64,000 nucleotides of DNA from Chloroflexota bacterium (GTDB lineage: Bacteria > Chloroflexota > UBA11872 > VXOZ01), in the NCBI GenBank assembly GCA_963663275.1, contig OY760183.1, forward strand, positions 648,211-712,210, written 5' to 3'. The notes under the pieces were generated by a model, which saw only the letters and a list, made by a program, of their open reading frames with translations, was not told the DNA's origin and did no database searches. This document shows positions 35,960 through 46,020 of this stretch, one piece after another (the first letter of the stretch is position 1; each line of letters starts with the position of its first letter). Made by a program: the position numbers and the translations under genes.

Positions 35960-36170
35960 TGGAAGGAGCGCCGCCCGAGGTTACGCAAAGATCTCCCCAG
36001 GGAGAGGGAGACAGTTCGCCCGATGGGTCTCGTTATGCAAAGGTCTCCACAGGGAGAGATGGCAGACGAAGCCCAGCGCACACGCGCCTCTTATCCCCTC
36101 TCCCTGTGGGAGAGGGTTAGGGTGAGGGAGATTTTGTGCGAAGTCTAGCAGCGAGCAAAGGAGAAGACTC

Positions 36171-37166
36171 ATGCGCATCGGTGTACGCGCGAACCGGCGG
36201 TCGCTGGAAAGCGGCGGTGACGATTACCTCCGCTTCCTGAAGCAGATCGGCGTGGACTGCATCGACGTCGAGTTGGGAATTGTGGCGGGTTACGACGAAA
36301 CCGGCCGCTTCACGCGCCAGGCGTTGCACGACCTGATCCAGCGGTTTGCCGCCGCCGGTCTGCGCATCGAGCGCGCCAACGCCACCAATTCCCACCACCT
36401 GGATGCCCTTGTCGGCGGCCCAAAGGCCGCCGAACAGCGCGATAACCTCTGCGCCATGGCGGAACTGTTGGGCGAGGTGGACGTGCCGGTGTTTGGCGTC
36501 CAGTGCTTCCAGGCGGCGAACGCCGGCGGCGGCTCCTCAACCGGGCGTTCCTGGCCGGAGGGACGCGGCGGCTACCGCTACTACCACTTCGACCTGGCGG
36601 CGGAAGAGGCCGTTCAAGCCGCGCCGCGCTTCACCGTCACCGCCGACCAACTTTGGGAAAACCTGCTTCTCACCTACAGGCAGGTTGTTCCCGTAGCGGA
36701 GAGCGCGGACATCAACGTGGCGATGCACGGCAACGATCCGCCGCTCTATGCGGTCTACGGCAATCCGCAAATCCTCTGCCGCTTCAGCGATTTCGACCGC
36801 CTCTTCAACGAGGTGCCCAGCCCCAGGAACACCATGACCTTCTGCGTCGGCACGCGCTACGAATCCGGCGAGGACATCTTCGAAGGCATCCGCCGCTTTG
36901 GCGGCCAGGGCAAGATCGTCCACGTGCACTTCCGCAACGTGCGCGGCACCCTGCCCGCGAACGGCGCGTACAGTGAGGTCTTCCTGGATGAGGGCGATCT
37001 GCACATGCAGGCAGTCGTGGAGGCGCTTCATGCGGTACACTACCAAGGCGCGATCGACTTCGATCACGTGATGCAATTGACCGGCGATACGGCCAACGGA
37101 CACCAGTACGTCGCCTACTCGGTGGGCTACGTGCGCGCGCTGCTGGATGGGCTTGTGCGCGCGTAG
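36171..37166 (+). CDS. mannonate dehydratase-like (UxuA family) TIM-barrel enzyme
   Basis: 331 aa. VAMHGNDPP, TFCVGTRYESGEDI, VHVHFRNVRG and IDFDHV align by eye with the UxuA C-terminal half. AAAGGAGA precedes the ATG. Confidence 0.55.
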   Translation: MRIGVRANRRSLESGGDDYLRFLKQIGVDCIDVELGIVAGYDETGRFTRQALHDLIQRFAAAGLRIERANATNSHHLDALVGGPKAAEQRDNLCAMAELLGEVDVPVFGVQCFQAANAGGGSSTGRSWPEGRGGYRYYHFDLAAEEAVQAAPRFTVTADQLWENLLLTYRQVVPVAESADINVAMHGNDPPLYAVYGNPQILCRFSDFDRLFNEVPSPRNTMTFCVGTRYESGEDIFEGIRRFGGQGKIVHVHFRNVRGTLPANGAYSEVFLDEGDLHMQAVVEALHAVHYQGAIDFDHVMQLTGDTANGHQYVAYSVGYVRALLDGLVRA

Positions 37167-37512
37167 GCGACTCTGAGCGCAAGCGCGAGGCCCGCGCGGG
37201 CGAACGCAAAAGGAAAGAGGATGGTGTGGGCCGCTGTCTGTCGTCTGCGGACGATAAGAGTGCTTCGACAGGCTCAGCACGAACGGAAAAGGGGCTTGAC
37301 CGCTTGTGCTCGGCGCGAAGGGAAAGGAAACACGCGCGTGAAGCGCAACCGTTCGCCCTGAGCATCGTCGAAGGGTGAACGGTTGCGCGCTGACAGAAGA
37401 GAGCGCCGGTGTCCGCCGCAGCGCCCACAGATTGCGGCTCGCCGCAAAAAGCGCAAGGATAAGCAAGCGCAATCACACGTAAAGCCACATGACATTAAGG
37501 AGTAGGTGAACC

Positions 37513-38277
37513 ATGCAGAAGAATCGGGCACTGGCAAAGATACGCGCCGGCGGCGTAACCGCCGGGCCGGCAATGGGCATAGATTCGCCGGACCTGGCGG
37601 AGCAGGTCGCCCACGTGGGTTTCGACTTCGTGAGTTTCGATTGGCAGCACGGGCAGTGGACCGAACTCTCGCTCAACAACGCGCTGGCGCGGTTTCTGCA
37701 TACTGACACCGCGCCGGTCGTGCGCGTGAAAGGGCACGAGCCGGGCACGATCAACCGCGTGCTGGACATGGGCGCCATGGGCGTGATCATTCCCATGGTC
37801 GAGACCGCCGAGCAGGCCGCGGCCATGGCGAGTCCGGCGCGCTTCCCGCCGGATGGCACCCGTTCCGGCGGCGGCATGAGACTCAATCTCATCGGCGGCG
37901 GCACGGCGCAGGACTACTTTGCCGCCGCCAACGACGAGGTCATGGTCATCGTCATGGTGGAGAGCGAAGAGGCGATTGCCAACGTGGAGAGCATCATGGA
38001 GGCGGAAGGCGTGGACGTGGTGCTCATCGGCCCCGGCGACCTGATGATCAACGTGCGCGCCCACGGCCACGACGAGGCCCACCACGAGGCGCTGGTGCAG
38101 CAGGTCGCCGCCGCCGGCAAGCGCACCGGCACGGCGGCGGGCTACGTTTGCCAGAGTTACGAGCAGGCCCAACAGCGCGTGGCCGAGGGCTTCCGCTTCC
38201 TCTGGTTCGGCAACGACAGCGTTTTCGTCATGGACGGCATGAAGAATCTCCTGGAGGAAACCGCGTCGCTGGGATAG
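37513..38277 (+). CDS. HpcH/HpaI family aldolase
   Basis: 254 aa with FDFVSFDWQHG, VRVKGHEPGTINRVLDMGAMGVIIPMVET and LIGPGDL. TAAGGAG precedes the ATG. Confidence 0.8.
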   Translation: MQKNRALAKIRAGGVTAGPAMGIDSPDLAEQVAHVGFDFVSFDWQHGQWTELSLNNALARFLHTDTAPVVRVKGHEPGTINRVLDMGAMGVIIPMVETAEQAAAMASPARFPPDGTRSGGGMRLNLIGGGTAQDYFAAANDEVMVIVMVESEEAIANVESIMEAEGVDVVLIGPGDLMINVRAHGHDEAHHEALVQQVAAAGKRTGTAAGYVCQSYEQAQQRVAEGFRFLWFGNDSVFVMDGMKNLLEETASLG

Positions 38278-38334
38278 GCGGCGCTGATTACAGACACGGG
38301 TAATGTCATGAAGCAGCCGAAAGCGAGGAATGCG

Positions 38335-39399
38335 ATGAGCAGCGAACTGCGTGCCGGTGTGTTGGGCTTGGGCCGCGGCAGGAGCTTTGTGCGCGTGTTG
38401 AAGGCTATGCCCGGGGTGACCGTGGCGGCGGTGGCGGATATGAATGAAGAACGGCTGCAGGAGTTCGGCCGGGATCAAGGCATCCCCCAGTGCTTTGCCA
38501 CACTCGAGGAGTTGGTTGCGGCCGACCTGGACCTGGTGGTGGTAGCGACGCCGGTGCCGCAGCACGCCGAAAATTCGATTGCGGTGCTCGAAGCGGGCAT
38601 AAACGTCATCTCCGAAATTCCGACGCTCGCCACGCGGGAAGAGGCGGAGCAACTCGTGGCGGCGGCGCAGAAGAGCGACGCCATCTACATGTGCGGCGAG
38701 AATTGCAGCTATTGGGCCTATGTTCACTCGCTGCAATACCTCAACGAGCGCGGCGACTTCGGCCACATCTTCGCCGCGGAAGCCGAGTACATCCACAACA
38801 TTCCCAAGCTGCGGCGCGACGAGCACGGCAACCGCATGTGGCGGTCGTACATGGCGCCCATCACGTACCTCACGCACAGCCTGGGCCCGATCATGTGGGT
38901 CACGGGGCAGTATCCGGTGGAAGTGACGTGCATGGGTACGGAGAACCACTTCGAGCCGGACCTCATCGACCTGCAATTCGCGCTCTTCCGCATGACGGAC
39001 GACAGCGTGGTGCGCATCACGTGCTCCTTTGCCAACACCCACTGGGGCAATCACCGCCAGGTGTTCTTTGGCACCAAAGCGTCTTTTGATTCCGGCTGGA
39101 TCGGCAAAGACGAGCCGAAGTTCCGGTACGTGGGCGAAGACTTCTCGGTGCCCGACAACCTGCCGCTGGGCACGAACTTCCCGGAAGCGCCGGAACACGC
39201 GGCGCTGGGCGGCCACGGCACTGCCGAGTGGTATATGCTCACCGACTTCCTCAATGCCATCAGGACCGGCGGCACGCCCAAGCTCGACGTCTACGAAGGC
39301 ATCATGTACAGCCTGCCGGGCGTCTGCGCCGCTGAATCCGCCGCCAACGGCGGCAAGCCGGTGGCTATTCCGCAGTACCAATTGCAGCGCAAGGGGTAG
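38335..39399 (+). CDS. Gfo/Idh/MocA family oxidoreductase (paralogue 1)
   Basis: 354 aa. Rossmann N-terminus RAGVLGLGRGRSF. Start is set by homology with paralogue 2, including a shared RBS region. Confidence 0.85.
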   Translation: MSSELRAGVLGLGRGRSFVRVLKAMPGVTVAAVADMNEERLQEFGRDQGIPQCFATLEELVAADLDLVVVATPVPQHAENSIAVLEAGINVISEIPTLATREEAEQLVAAAQKSDAIYMCGENCSYWAYVHSLQYLNERGDFGHIFAAEAEYIHNIPKLRRDEHGNRMWRSYMAPITYLTHSLGPIMWVTGQYPVEVTCMGTENHFEPDLIDLQFALFRMTDDSVVRITCSFANTHWGNHRQVFFGTKASFDSGWIGKDEPKFRYVGEDFSVPDNLPLGTNFPEAPEHAALGGHGTAEWYMLTDFLNAIRTGGTPKLDVYEGIMYSLPGVCAAESAANGGKPVAIPQYQLQRKG

Positions 39400-39499
39400 C
39401 GGAACGGGCTCAAGCAGCAGGAGTTGACCGTTGGGACCAGGCGCAATTCTCAGAGAACGTGCGTAACGTCCCAAGCAAGACCAAAGCGAGGAAATGTAA

Positions 39500-40564
39500 A
39501 TGAGCAGCGAACTGCGTGCCGGTGTATTGGGTTTGGGGAGGGGCAAAAGCTTTGTGCCGGTGTTGCAGGCCATGGACGGGGTGACCGTGGCGGCGGTGGC
39601 GGATATGAATGCGGAGCGGCTGCAAGCGTTCGGCCGGGATCACGGCATCCCCCAATGCTTTACGACGTGCGCGGAGTTGCTTGCCGCCGACCTGGACCTC
39701 GTGGTGGTGGCGACGCCGGTGGCGCAGCACGCCGAACAGGCAATCGCCGCGCTGGAGGCCGGGATACACGTAATCTCGGAGATTCCGACGATTGGCACGC
39801 GCGAAGACGCGGAGCAACTCGTTGCGGCGGCGGAAAAAAGCGACGCCATCTACATGTGCGGCGAGAACTGCAACTACTGGGCGTTTGTGGATTCTCTAAA
39901 GCGTCTCTACCGGCGCGGCGACTTCGGCCGCATCTTCGCCGCGGAAGCCGAGTACATCCACAACACTGCCACCTTGCGGCGTGACGAGCACGGCAACCGC
40001 ACCTGGCGCTGGTACATGGCGCCCATCACGTATATCACGCACAGTCTGGGCCCCATCATGTGGGTCACGGGTCAATATCCGGTGGAAGTAACGTGTATGG
40101 GTACGGAAAGCAACTTCGAGCCGGGCCTCATCGACTTGCAGTGCGCGATTCTCCGCATGACGGACGGGAGCGTGGTGCGCATCGCGTGTTCGTTTTCCAA
40201 CACCCACTGGGGCGGTCACCGCCAGGTGTACATGGGCACCAAGGCCACGTTCGATTCCGGCTGGATTGGCAAGGACGAGCCGAAGTTCCGGTACGCGGGC
40301 GAAGATTTCTCGGTACCCGACAACCTGCCGCTGGGCACAAGATACCCGGACGCGCCGGAGGCGGCCGCGCGTAGCGGCCGCGGCGCCGCCGAGTGGTATA
40401 TGCTTACCGACTTCCTCACCGCCATCAGGACAGGCAGCGCGCCGGCCCTCGACGTGTACGAAGGCGTCATGCACAGCCTGGCCGGCGTCTGCGCCGCTGA
40501 ATCCGCCGCCAACGGCGGCAAGCCGGTGGCCATCCCGCAATACCAATTACAGCGCGGCGCATAA
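39500..40564 (+). CDS. Gfo/Idh/MocA family oxidoreductase (paralogue 2, tandem duplicate)
   Basis: 354 aa, collinear with 38335-39399 with no indels. Roughly four-fifths of residues are identical by eye. Confidence 0.85.
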   Translation: MSSELRAGVLGLGRGKSFVPVLQAMDGVTVAAVADMNAERLQAFGRDHGIPQCFTTCAELLAADLDLVVVATPVAQHAEQAIAALEAGIHVISEIPTIGTREDAEQLVAAAEKSDAIYMCGENCNYWAFVDSLKRLYRRGDFGRIFAAEAEYIHNTATLRRDEHGNRTWRWYMAPITYITHSLGPIMWVTGQYPVEVTCMGTESNFEPGLIDLQCAILRMTDGSVVRIACSFSNTHWGGHRQVYMGTKATFDSGWIGKDEPKFRYAGEDFSVPDNLPLGTRYPDAPEAAARSGRGAAEWYMLTDFLTAIRTGSAPALDVYEGVMHSLAGVCAAESAANGGKPVAIPQYQLQRGA

Positions 40565-40634
40565 ATCACGGCGGCAAGCGCACGGACTCCCGCTCCCTGG
40601 GGAGAGTGCTAGCAAAGGGACTCCCTCTCCCTCA

Positions 40635-40776
40635 GGAGACCTTTGCATAACCCCTTGCCCATTGAGGGGGAAGGCTGGGATGGGGATGAAATGGCTTGAC
40701 GGTATGCCTTATTTAGTTGTAACACCGCTCTGGATTCCGGCTTTCGCCGGAATGACAGAGTTATGCAAAGGCCTCC
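40635..40776 (-). mobile_element. MITE-1 copy, reverse orientation
   Basis: GGAGACCTTTGCATAA ... TTATGCAAAGGCCTCC with the internal GGATTCCGGCTTTCGCCGGAATGAC hairpin. Confidence 0.7.
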
Positions 40777-40803
40777 TCAGGGAGAGGGCCGGGGTGAGGG
40801 GGT

Positions 40804-40920
40804 AATGTTGTCGCATTGAACGCAATGAAAATGAAGACCACGCTCGTTTCTCCGATAGCGCAGGTTCGCGCGGGAGGTGCGCGCAACCTGCGTCTTCCGT
40901 AGGGTCAATCAATTCCGTTC
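40804..40920 (-). mobile_element. REP-D-core MITE-like element (homologue of 7224-7325) with an expanded hairpin loop
   Basis: Same flanks as the 7224 copy. The core hairpin is CGCAGGTT-[GCGCGCACCTCCCGCGCGA]-AACCTGCG. Confidence 0.55.
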
Positions 40921-40936
40921 TCATTTTTCTTGTTCC

Positions 40937-41056
40937 GGCGGGGGGCAAGCCCCCGCGCTACGTTGACGCGACAGCAATGGGTGAAGGTGGACAAGCCCCC
41001 GCGCTACGTTAACGCTCATTGTTTTTGTTCCGGCGGGGGACAAGCCTCCGCGCTAC
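40937..41056 (-). repeat. Three REP-B-type units in tandem
   Basis: GGCGGGGGGCAAGCCCCCGCGCTAC, GGTGGACAAGCCCCCGCGCTAC and GGCGGGGGACAAGCCTCCGCGCTAC. Confidence 0.75.
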
Positions 41057-41202
41057 GTTAATGCGACAGCATTGGGTGAGGGGGCAAGGCAGCGCCGTTC
41101 CAGACCACCCCAAAGAGCCGGTGGAACTACGCAGCGCCGTTCCAGACCATCTCCAACAAGCCGGCGGAACTACCCAGAATGCGCCAAAGAGGAGGCATAA
41201 CC

Positions 41203-42399
41203 GTGCTCGATGCTCCGCACTTTCCCGGGATTCATCCGGAGACGACCGCTTTGCGCGCGGCGTTGGCTCACGCCGGTGTCGTCAATCCGCATACGGGCGA
41301 ACCCTTCACCGAGGCTATGGTCTTCGGCATTGCCGGCGGCGTCGGCGCTGGTGTGTTCCACTTCTACTACGCCGCCGAGGATTTCGCCAGCTTCTACGTT
41401 GCCGGACGGCATAGCTGGCACGACAGCGACGTGTATCTCAACAATGCCTGCCTGCGCTTTGGCGTCACGCCCGCCGTCCACGAATCCGGCGGCAAGAAGA
41501 AGGCCGCTACCCTTTTGGCCGGCGCGGTTGCGGCTACCGGCTGCGCCATTGCCTGGGTGGACATGGGCCTCCTGCCCTATCGGGGCGCGCCGGCGGGCAT
41601 GGAAGGCGGCGGCTACCACGTGGTGACGGTCTACCGCCTGGCTGACGGCGAGGCGCTGGTTGGCGATCTTACCAATGAGCCGATTGCCCTCTCCCTGGAC
41701 GACCTGGCGGCGGCCCGGGCGCGCATCAAGAAGCAGAAGAACCGCGTGATGACCGTTGCCGCCGGGGAGCGGGACGTCGACCTGCGCGCAGCGGCCTTGG
41801 CGGGCATCGCGGCCTGCCACGACGGCCTGCAAAACCAGCGCATGAAGAACTTCACCCTGGAGGCGTTCAAGACCTGGGCCGATCGCATCCACGGCAGCCG
41901 CGGCAAGGATAGCTGGGAGCAGGTCTTTCCGCCGGGGCACCGCCTGCTGCAGGGCCTGCGCTCGGTCTACGACTTCATCGAGCACTACCACACCGGCGGC
42001 GGCTTGATGCGCCCGCTCTACGCCGCCTTCTTCCGCGAGGCGGCCGCGGCCCTGGACGATGAGTCCTTCCTGCCGCTGGCGGAGATGTACGCCAAACTCG
42101 GCCGGCAGTGGAGCGAACTGGCCGACGCGGCGCTGCCTGATGACGTGGCGCCCTTCCGCGAAGCGAAAGCGTTGCTCGCCCGCCGGGAGGCGCTCTTCCT
42201 CAGCCACGCGCCGGCCGCTACCGCGGAGATCGAAGACATCTGGTCCCAACTCGGCGCTTTGGAGCAGGCCATGAGCCAGGACTTCCCGCTCACGGACGCC
42301 GAAAGCGCCAACCTCAGAGCCGCGCTGCGGGAACGCATCCTGGACATCTACGCCCAGGAACGCGCCGCCCATGAGGCGTTGGGCGCTCTGGTAAGCTAG
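41203..42399 (+). CDS. BtrH_N/DUF4872-like protein
   Basis: 398-406 aa. N-terminus TTALRAALAHAGV...TEAMVFGIAGGVG resembles the BtrH N-terminal domain. GTG 41203 follows AGGAGG. Confidence 0.45.
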   Translation: MLDAPHFPGIHPETTALRAALAHAGVVNPHTGEPFTEAMVFGIAGGVGAGVFHFYYAAEDFASFYVAGRHSWHDSDVYLNNACLRFGVTPAVHESGGKKKAATLLAGAVAATGCAIAWVDMGLLPYRGAPAGMEGGGYHVVTVYRLADGEALVGDLTNEPIALSLDDLAAARARIKKQKNRVMTVAAGERDVDLRAAALAGIAACHDGLQNQRMKNFTLEAFKTWADRIHGSRGKDSWEQVFPPGHRLLQGLRSVYDFIEHYHTGGGLMRPLYAAFFREAAAALDDESFLPLAEMYAKLGRQWSELADAALPDDVAPFREAKALLARREALFLSHAPAATAEIEDIWSQLGALEQAMSQDFPLTDAESANLRAALRERILDIYAQERAAHEALGALVS

Positions 42400-42466
42400 G
42401 CTCCTTGTGGCTGCATGGCTGCTGCAGCATGTTTCGCCACCGAACGATGCATCGTAGCGCGGAGGC

Positions 42467-43072
42467 CTAATGCCGCAGCGCGCGCCGCACTTCGTCGATG
42501 AGCATCGGCTCGGCCTGGAGCCGGATGGCGCTTTGCAGGTCGGCCCGCGCCTTGTCGGGACTGCCGGTGTAGCCGTGCGCCAGCGCGCGGAAGGCGTAGG
42601 CGCGGGCATGGCCGCCGTCGAGCTGAATCGCGCGGGTGAACTCCGCTATTGCGCCGTCGAAATCGCCAAGGTCGTAGTACGCGAGACCGCGCGCGAAATG
42701 CCGGGCGGACGGATCTTCCGCCGGTCTGGACGTGGCCGCCGCGGTTGCGCGGGGTGGCTCGGCCAGAGACTCCGCGGGCGCTCGCGCCTCGGGTTCACTG
42801 CGCCAGGTGTAGTAGGTGAGCGGGTGACTCGAATAGGTGAGCCTGTGCGGGATTTCCCCACTGGCGTAGCCCGCCTGGCGGCTGTAGTAATCCTTGTAGA
42901 TGAAAGCGTTGGCGCGGTCGAAGTGCCCCGCCAATTCCGCGCGCGGCGTCGTGGCCACCCAGCGATAGTCCAGGCGCGCTTGCTTTGCCTCCGGCGCGGA
43001 CGCCCCGCTCGCATCGCAAGCCGCCAGGGCGAGCATGAACAGGAGCATCAACCGGAGTAGCGATCGTCTCAT
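42467..43072 (-). CDS. TPR-repeat lipoprotein
   Basis: Signal plus lipobox LALAAC. C-terminal TPR-like ARGLAYYDLGDFDGAIAEFTRAIQLD. Confidence 0.7.
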   Translation of the reverse strand: MRRSLLRLMLLFMLALAACDASGASAPEAKQARLDYRWVATTPRAELAGHFDRANAFIYKDYYSRQAGYASGEIPHRLTYSSHPLTYYTWRSEPEARAPAESLAEPPRATAAATSRPAEDPSARHFARGLAYYDLGDFDGAIAEFTRAIQLDGGHARAYAFRALAHGYTGSPDKARADLQSAIRLQAEPMLIDEVRRALRH

Positions 43073-43228
43073 GCTCTTTCCTCGGTATGCTTCCCTTTTG
43101 CCCGGTTGATCACTATTTCACCACGTCACGGCGCGCCTTGCTACTCCCAAGCCGCTTTTCCAGCTTCTCCCAGCCCTCTGCGGGAGCGGCGCGGAGGCTC
43201 GAGCATAGATTTCCGTCCCCCGCCGCTT

Positions 43229-43252
43229 GCGCAGGTTACAAACCTGGGCTAC
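43229..43252 (-). repeat. REP-D hairpin (variant)
   Basis: GCGCAGGTTACAAACCTGGGCTAC. Confidence 0.65.
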
Positions 43253-43489
43253 CGGAGAAGATGGCCGCGCCTGGCGGCCCCGCTCCGGCGGTGGAGGTTC
43301 GCTTGGCCGTCCGGTAGAACGGCGGCGCGCGCCGGAAGTATATACTGTCAAGGTGGTTCTTTCTGACGGATATAGTCTGCTATGCCACGCTGACGCGCCG
43401 CCGTCACCGGCTGCGCGGAATGGCGCAGTTGGCATACCGGCCGCTTGCCGGAGAAGTCACGCACCCTGAGGCGGATGGGAACACGCGAT

Positions 43490-44893
43490 ATGGACCCGGT
43501 AGCAGATTTGTGCAGATTTGTTGCGGCCTTGCGGTACGATGACCTGCCGCCGGGCGCGGTAGCCGCAGTCAAGGCGCAGATCGCCGACGCTCTGGCGTGC
43601 GCCTTGGCCGGGTCGGCGGCGCCGTTGAGCGCGGCAATCGCGGCGCGCCACGCCCGCTGGGGCGGCGCGCCGGAAGCGACAACGCTGGTCTACAGCCACC
43701 GCCTGCCCGCGCCCACGGCGGCCTGGCTCAACGCGGCCATGATCCACGCCCACGACTTCGACGACTCGCATCGCGCCTCAAACCAACACGTGTTCGTAAC
43801 GGTCCTGCCCGCCGCGCTGGCCGTTGGCGAGAGTCTGGGCCGGCCGCTCGCCGGGCGCGACATGATAACGGCCCTCGCCGCCGGGGCGGAGTTGCAGATT
43901 CGCGTGGGTCTCTCCGTGCTGCCGTCCATGCACGTCGGTTGGCTGCCCACGGCGGTCTTCGGCGGATTGGGCGCGGCGGCGGCCGGCGCCAGGCTGCTCG
44001 GTTTGGACGTGGATCGCACGGCCAACGCCGTCGGGCTGGCCTACGCGCAAACGCAGGGCAACCGCCAGGGCCTGCTGGAAGGGACGCTCGCCAAGCGCCT
44101 GACGCCGGCCTTCAGCGCCCGCGCGGGCGTGCACGCCGCCATGTTGGCGGAAATCGGCGTCACCGGCCCCCGCGCGCTCACCGCGGGCGACTTTGGCCTC
44201 TTCGCGCTCTTTGGCGGCGCGGACGGCGATGGCGGCGGCGATCCGGCCGCGCTCACGGCGGGGCTGGGCGCGCGCTTCGCCGTGGAAGACATCGCCTTGA
44301 AGCCGTATCCCTGCTGCCGCGCCGCGCACCGGCCCATCGACATGGCGCTGGAGGCCGCGGCGGCACTGCGACCGTTCGACCCGGATGCCATCGCCGCCGT
44401 GGAGCTTTGGCTGCATCCGCGCGCCCACGCGCTCATCGGCCAGCCCTTCCACATCCGGCAGAATCCCCAGGTGGACGCGCAGTTCAGCGCGCAGTGGACG
44501 GTGGCGTTCGCGCTGCTGCGGGGCGCGCCCGGGCTGGCGGACTTCGCACCGGAGGCCGTGCGCGCGGCCGCGGACGTGCAGGCCCTGGCCGCCAAGATCC
44601 AGGTGCGCCGCCTGCCCGACGCCGACCCGGCTACGTTGGAAAGCCTCACGCTAACACTCCAAGACGGACGCCAAACCACCATCCGCCACGCCGAAATCAA
44701 AGGCGAACCCGGCCTGCCGCTCTCCCGCGCGGAACGCCTGGCAAAGTTCACCGCCGGCGCCGCTTACGCCCACACCCCGCTGGACGCGCAAACGGCGGAG
44801 CGGGTCTTCCGCGCAATCGAACGGCTGGAGACGCTGGACGACCTGCGCCCGCTCATCGCGCAACTAGCGCCGTCGTCAGGCGCGGCGCGCTAA
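43490..44893 (+). CDS. MmgE/PrpD family protein (2-methylcitrate dehydratase-like)
   Basis: N-terminus LCRFVAALRYDDLP, then HAHDFDDSH, and KPYPCCRAAH in the C-terminal domain. Start is 43445, 43475 or 43490. Confidence 0.8.
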   Translation: MDPVADLCRFVAALRYDDLPPGAVAAVKAQIADALACALAGSAAPLSAAIAARHARWGGAPEATTLVYSHRLPAPTAAWLNAAMIHAHDFDDSHRASNQHVFVTVLPAALAVGESLGRPLAGRDMITALAAGAELQIRVGLSVLPSMHVGWLPTAVFGGLGAAAAGARLLGLDVDRTANAVGLAYAQTQGNRQGLLEGTLAKRLTPAFSARAGVHAAMLAEIGVTGPRALTAGDFGLFALFGGADGDGGGDPAALTAGLGARFAVEDIALKPYPCCRAAHRPIDMALEAAAALRPFDPDAIAAVELWLHPRAHALIGQPFHIRQNPQVDAQFSAQWTVAFALLRGAPGLADFAPEAVRAAADVQALAAKIQVRRLPDADPATLESLTLTLQDGRQTTIRHAEIKGEPGLPLSRAERLAKFTAGAAYAHTPLDAQTAERVFRAIERLETLDDLRPLIAQLAPSSGAAR

Positions 44894-45064
44894 GCGGGGT
44901 AGGCGACGAAACGGCAGGCAGTTGCGTAAGTGGTCGGGTCTTTCGCGGAATCAAAGAAGCATCCGTTCATCCTTCGGCCCTTCGACAAGCTCAGGGCAGT
45001 CAGGCTCGGGACGAACGGATACTCGCTCTTGCATGGCGGAGAATACGCAAGGGTTATCCGGTGT

Positions 45065-45784
45065 TCAAGGCACGAACTTTATCAACGCAACCGCAAGACT
45101 GACGCTTGCGATATTGACGGCTATAATACCCATGCCCATGATCCACAAGTGGCGATAGAGATCCGCACCCAGCTTTTGGATGTCGGTTTGCAACTCTGCA
45201 TGTATCACGCGGACGTTGCCCTGCACCGCTTGGATGTCTGCTTGCAACTCTCCTTGCATCACGCGGGCGTTGTCCCCCACCGCCTGGATGTCGCTTTGCA
45301 GTTCCCCTTGCATCACGCGGGCGTTGCCCTGCACCGCTTGGATGTCTGCTTGCAACTCCCCTTGCATCACGCGGGCGTTGTCCCGTACCGTGTGGATGTC
45401 GCTTTGCAACTCCCCTTGCATCATGTGGGCGTTGTCCCGCACCGCTTGGATGTCTGTTTGCAACTCCCCTTGCATCACGCGGGAGTCGCTCCGCATCGCG
45501 TGGATGTCGTTCTGCATGACGCGGATCGTCTCTTGCATCGCGTGGATGTCCTCTTGCGTCGTGCGGATGTCGTTCTGCATGACGCCGACCTTCTCTTGAA
45601 TCGCGTGGATGTCGGCCTGCATTATGCGCATGTCGGCCCGCATCACCTGGAGGTCGGCTTTGGTGGCCAACTCGCCGGTAGCCTCTTCCCAGACCTCTAC
45701 CAAAGCGCCGGCTTGGGATTCGGAAAACCCGGCCGTATTGAGCAACCGCGCCGCCTTGAGTGTGTCGAATGGAGTTGCCGCCAT
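45065..45784 (-). CDS. DUF1640-like coiled-coil membrane-anchored protein with expanded internal repeats
   Basis: N-terminus FDTLKAARLLNTAGFSESQAGALVE..LATKADL, five 20-aa repeats (VMQGELQxDIQAVxxNAR) and a C-terminal TM segment. Confidence 0.65.
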   Translation of the reverse strand: MAATPFDTLKAARLLNTAGFSESQAGALVEVWEEATGELATKADLQVMRADMRIMQADIHAIQEKVGVMQNDIRTTQEDIHAMQETIRVMQNDIHAMRSDSRVMQGELQTDIQAVRDNAHMMQGELQSDIHTVRDNARVMQGELQADIQAVQGNARVMQGELQSDIQAVGDNARVMQGELQADIQAVQGNVRVIHAELQTDIQKLGADLYRHLWIMGMGIIAVNIASVSLAVALIKFVP

Positions 45785-46020
45785 TGCGCCTCTCTCCGGT
45801 ATCCGCGCGTCAGGACTATCATAAACATCATGGTACTACCGCTGCCTCTTTGGAGCAAGACGCTGCGCCGCGCCCAGCGGACCGGGAGCGGCGGCAAGCG
45901 GCGCGATTCTCGCGGCGCCACCGCGCGGTTTACTTTGGCAGATAGTTCACCGAAAATGGTGTGTGGGCGCATCCACAATACCGGAACGAGATACGCGCCT
46001 ATGCTAAGAGACAGGAGCAG

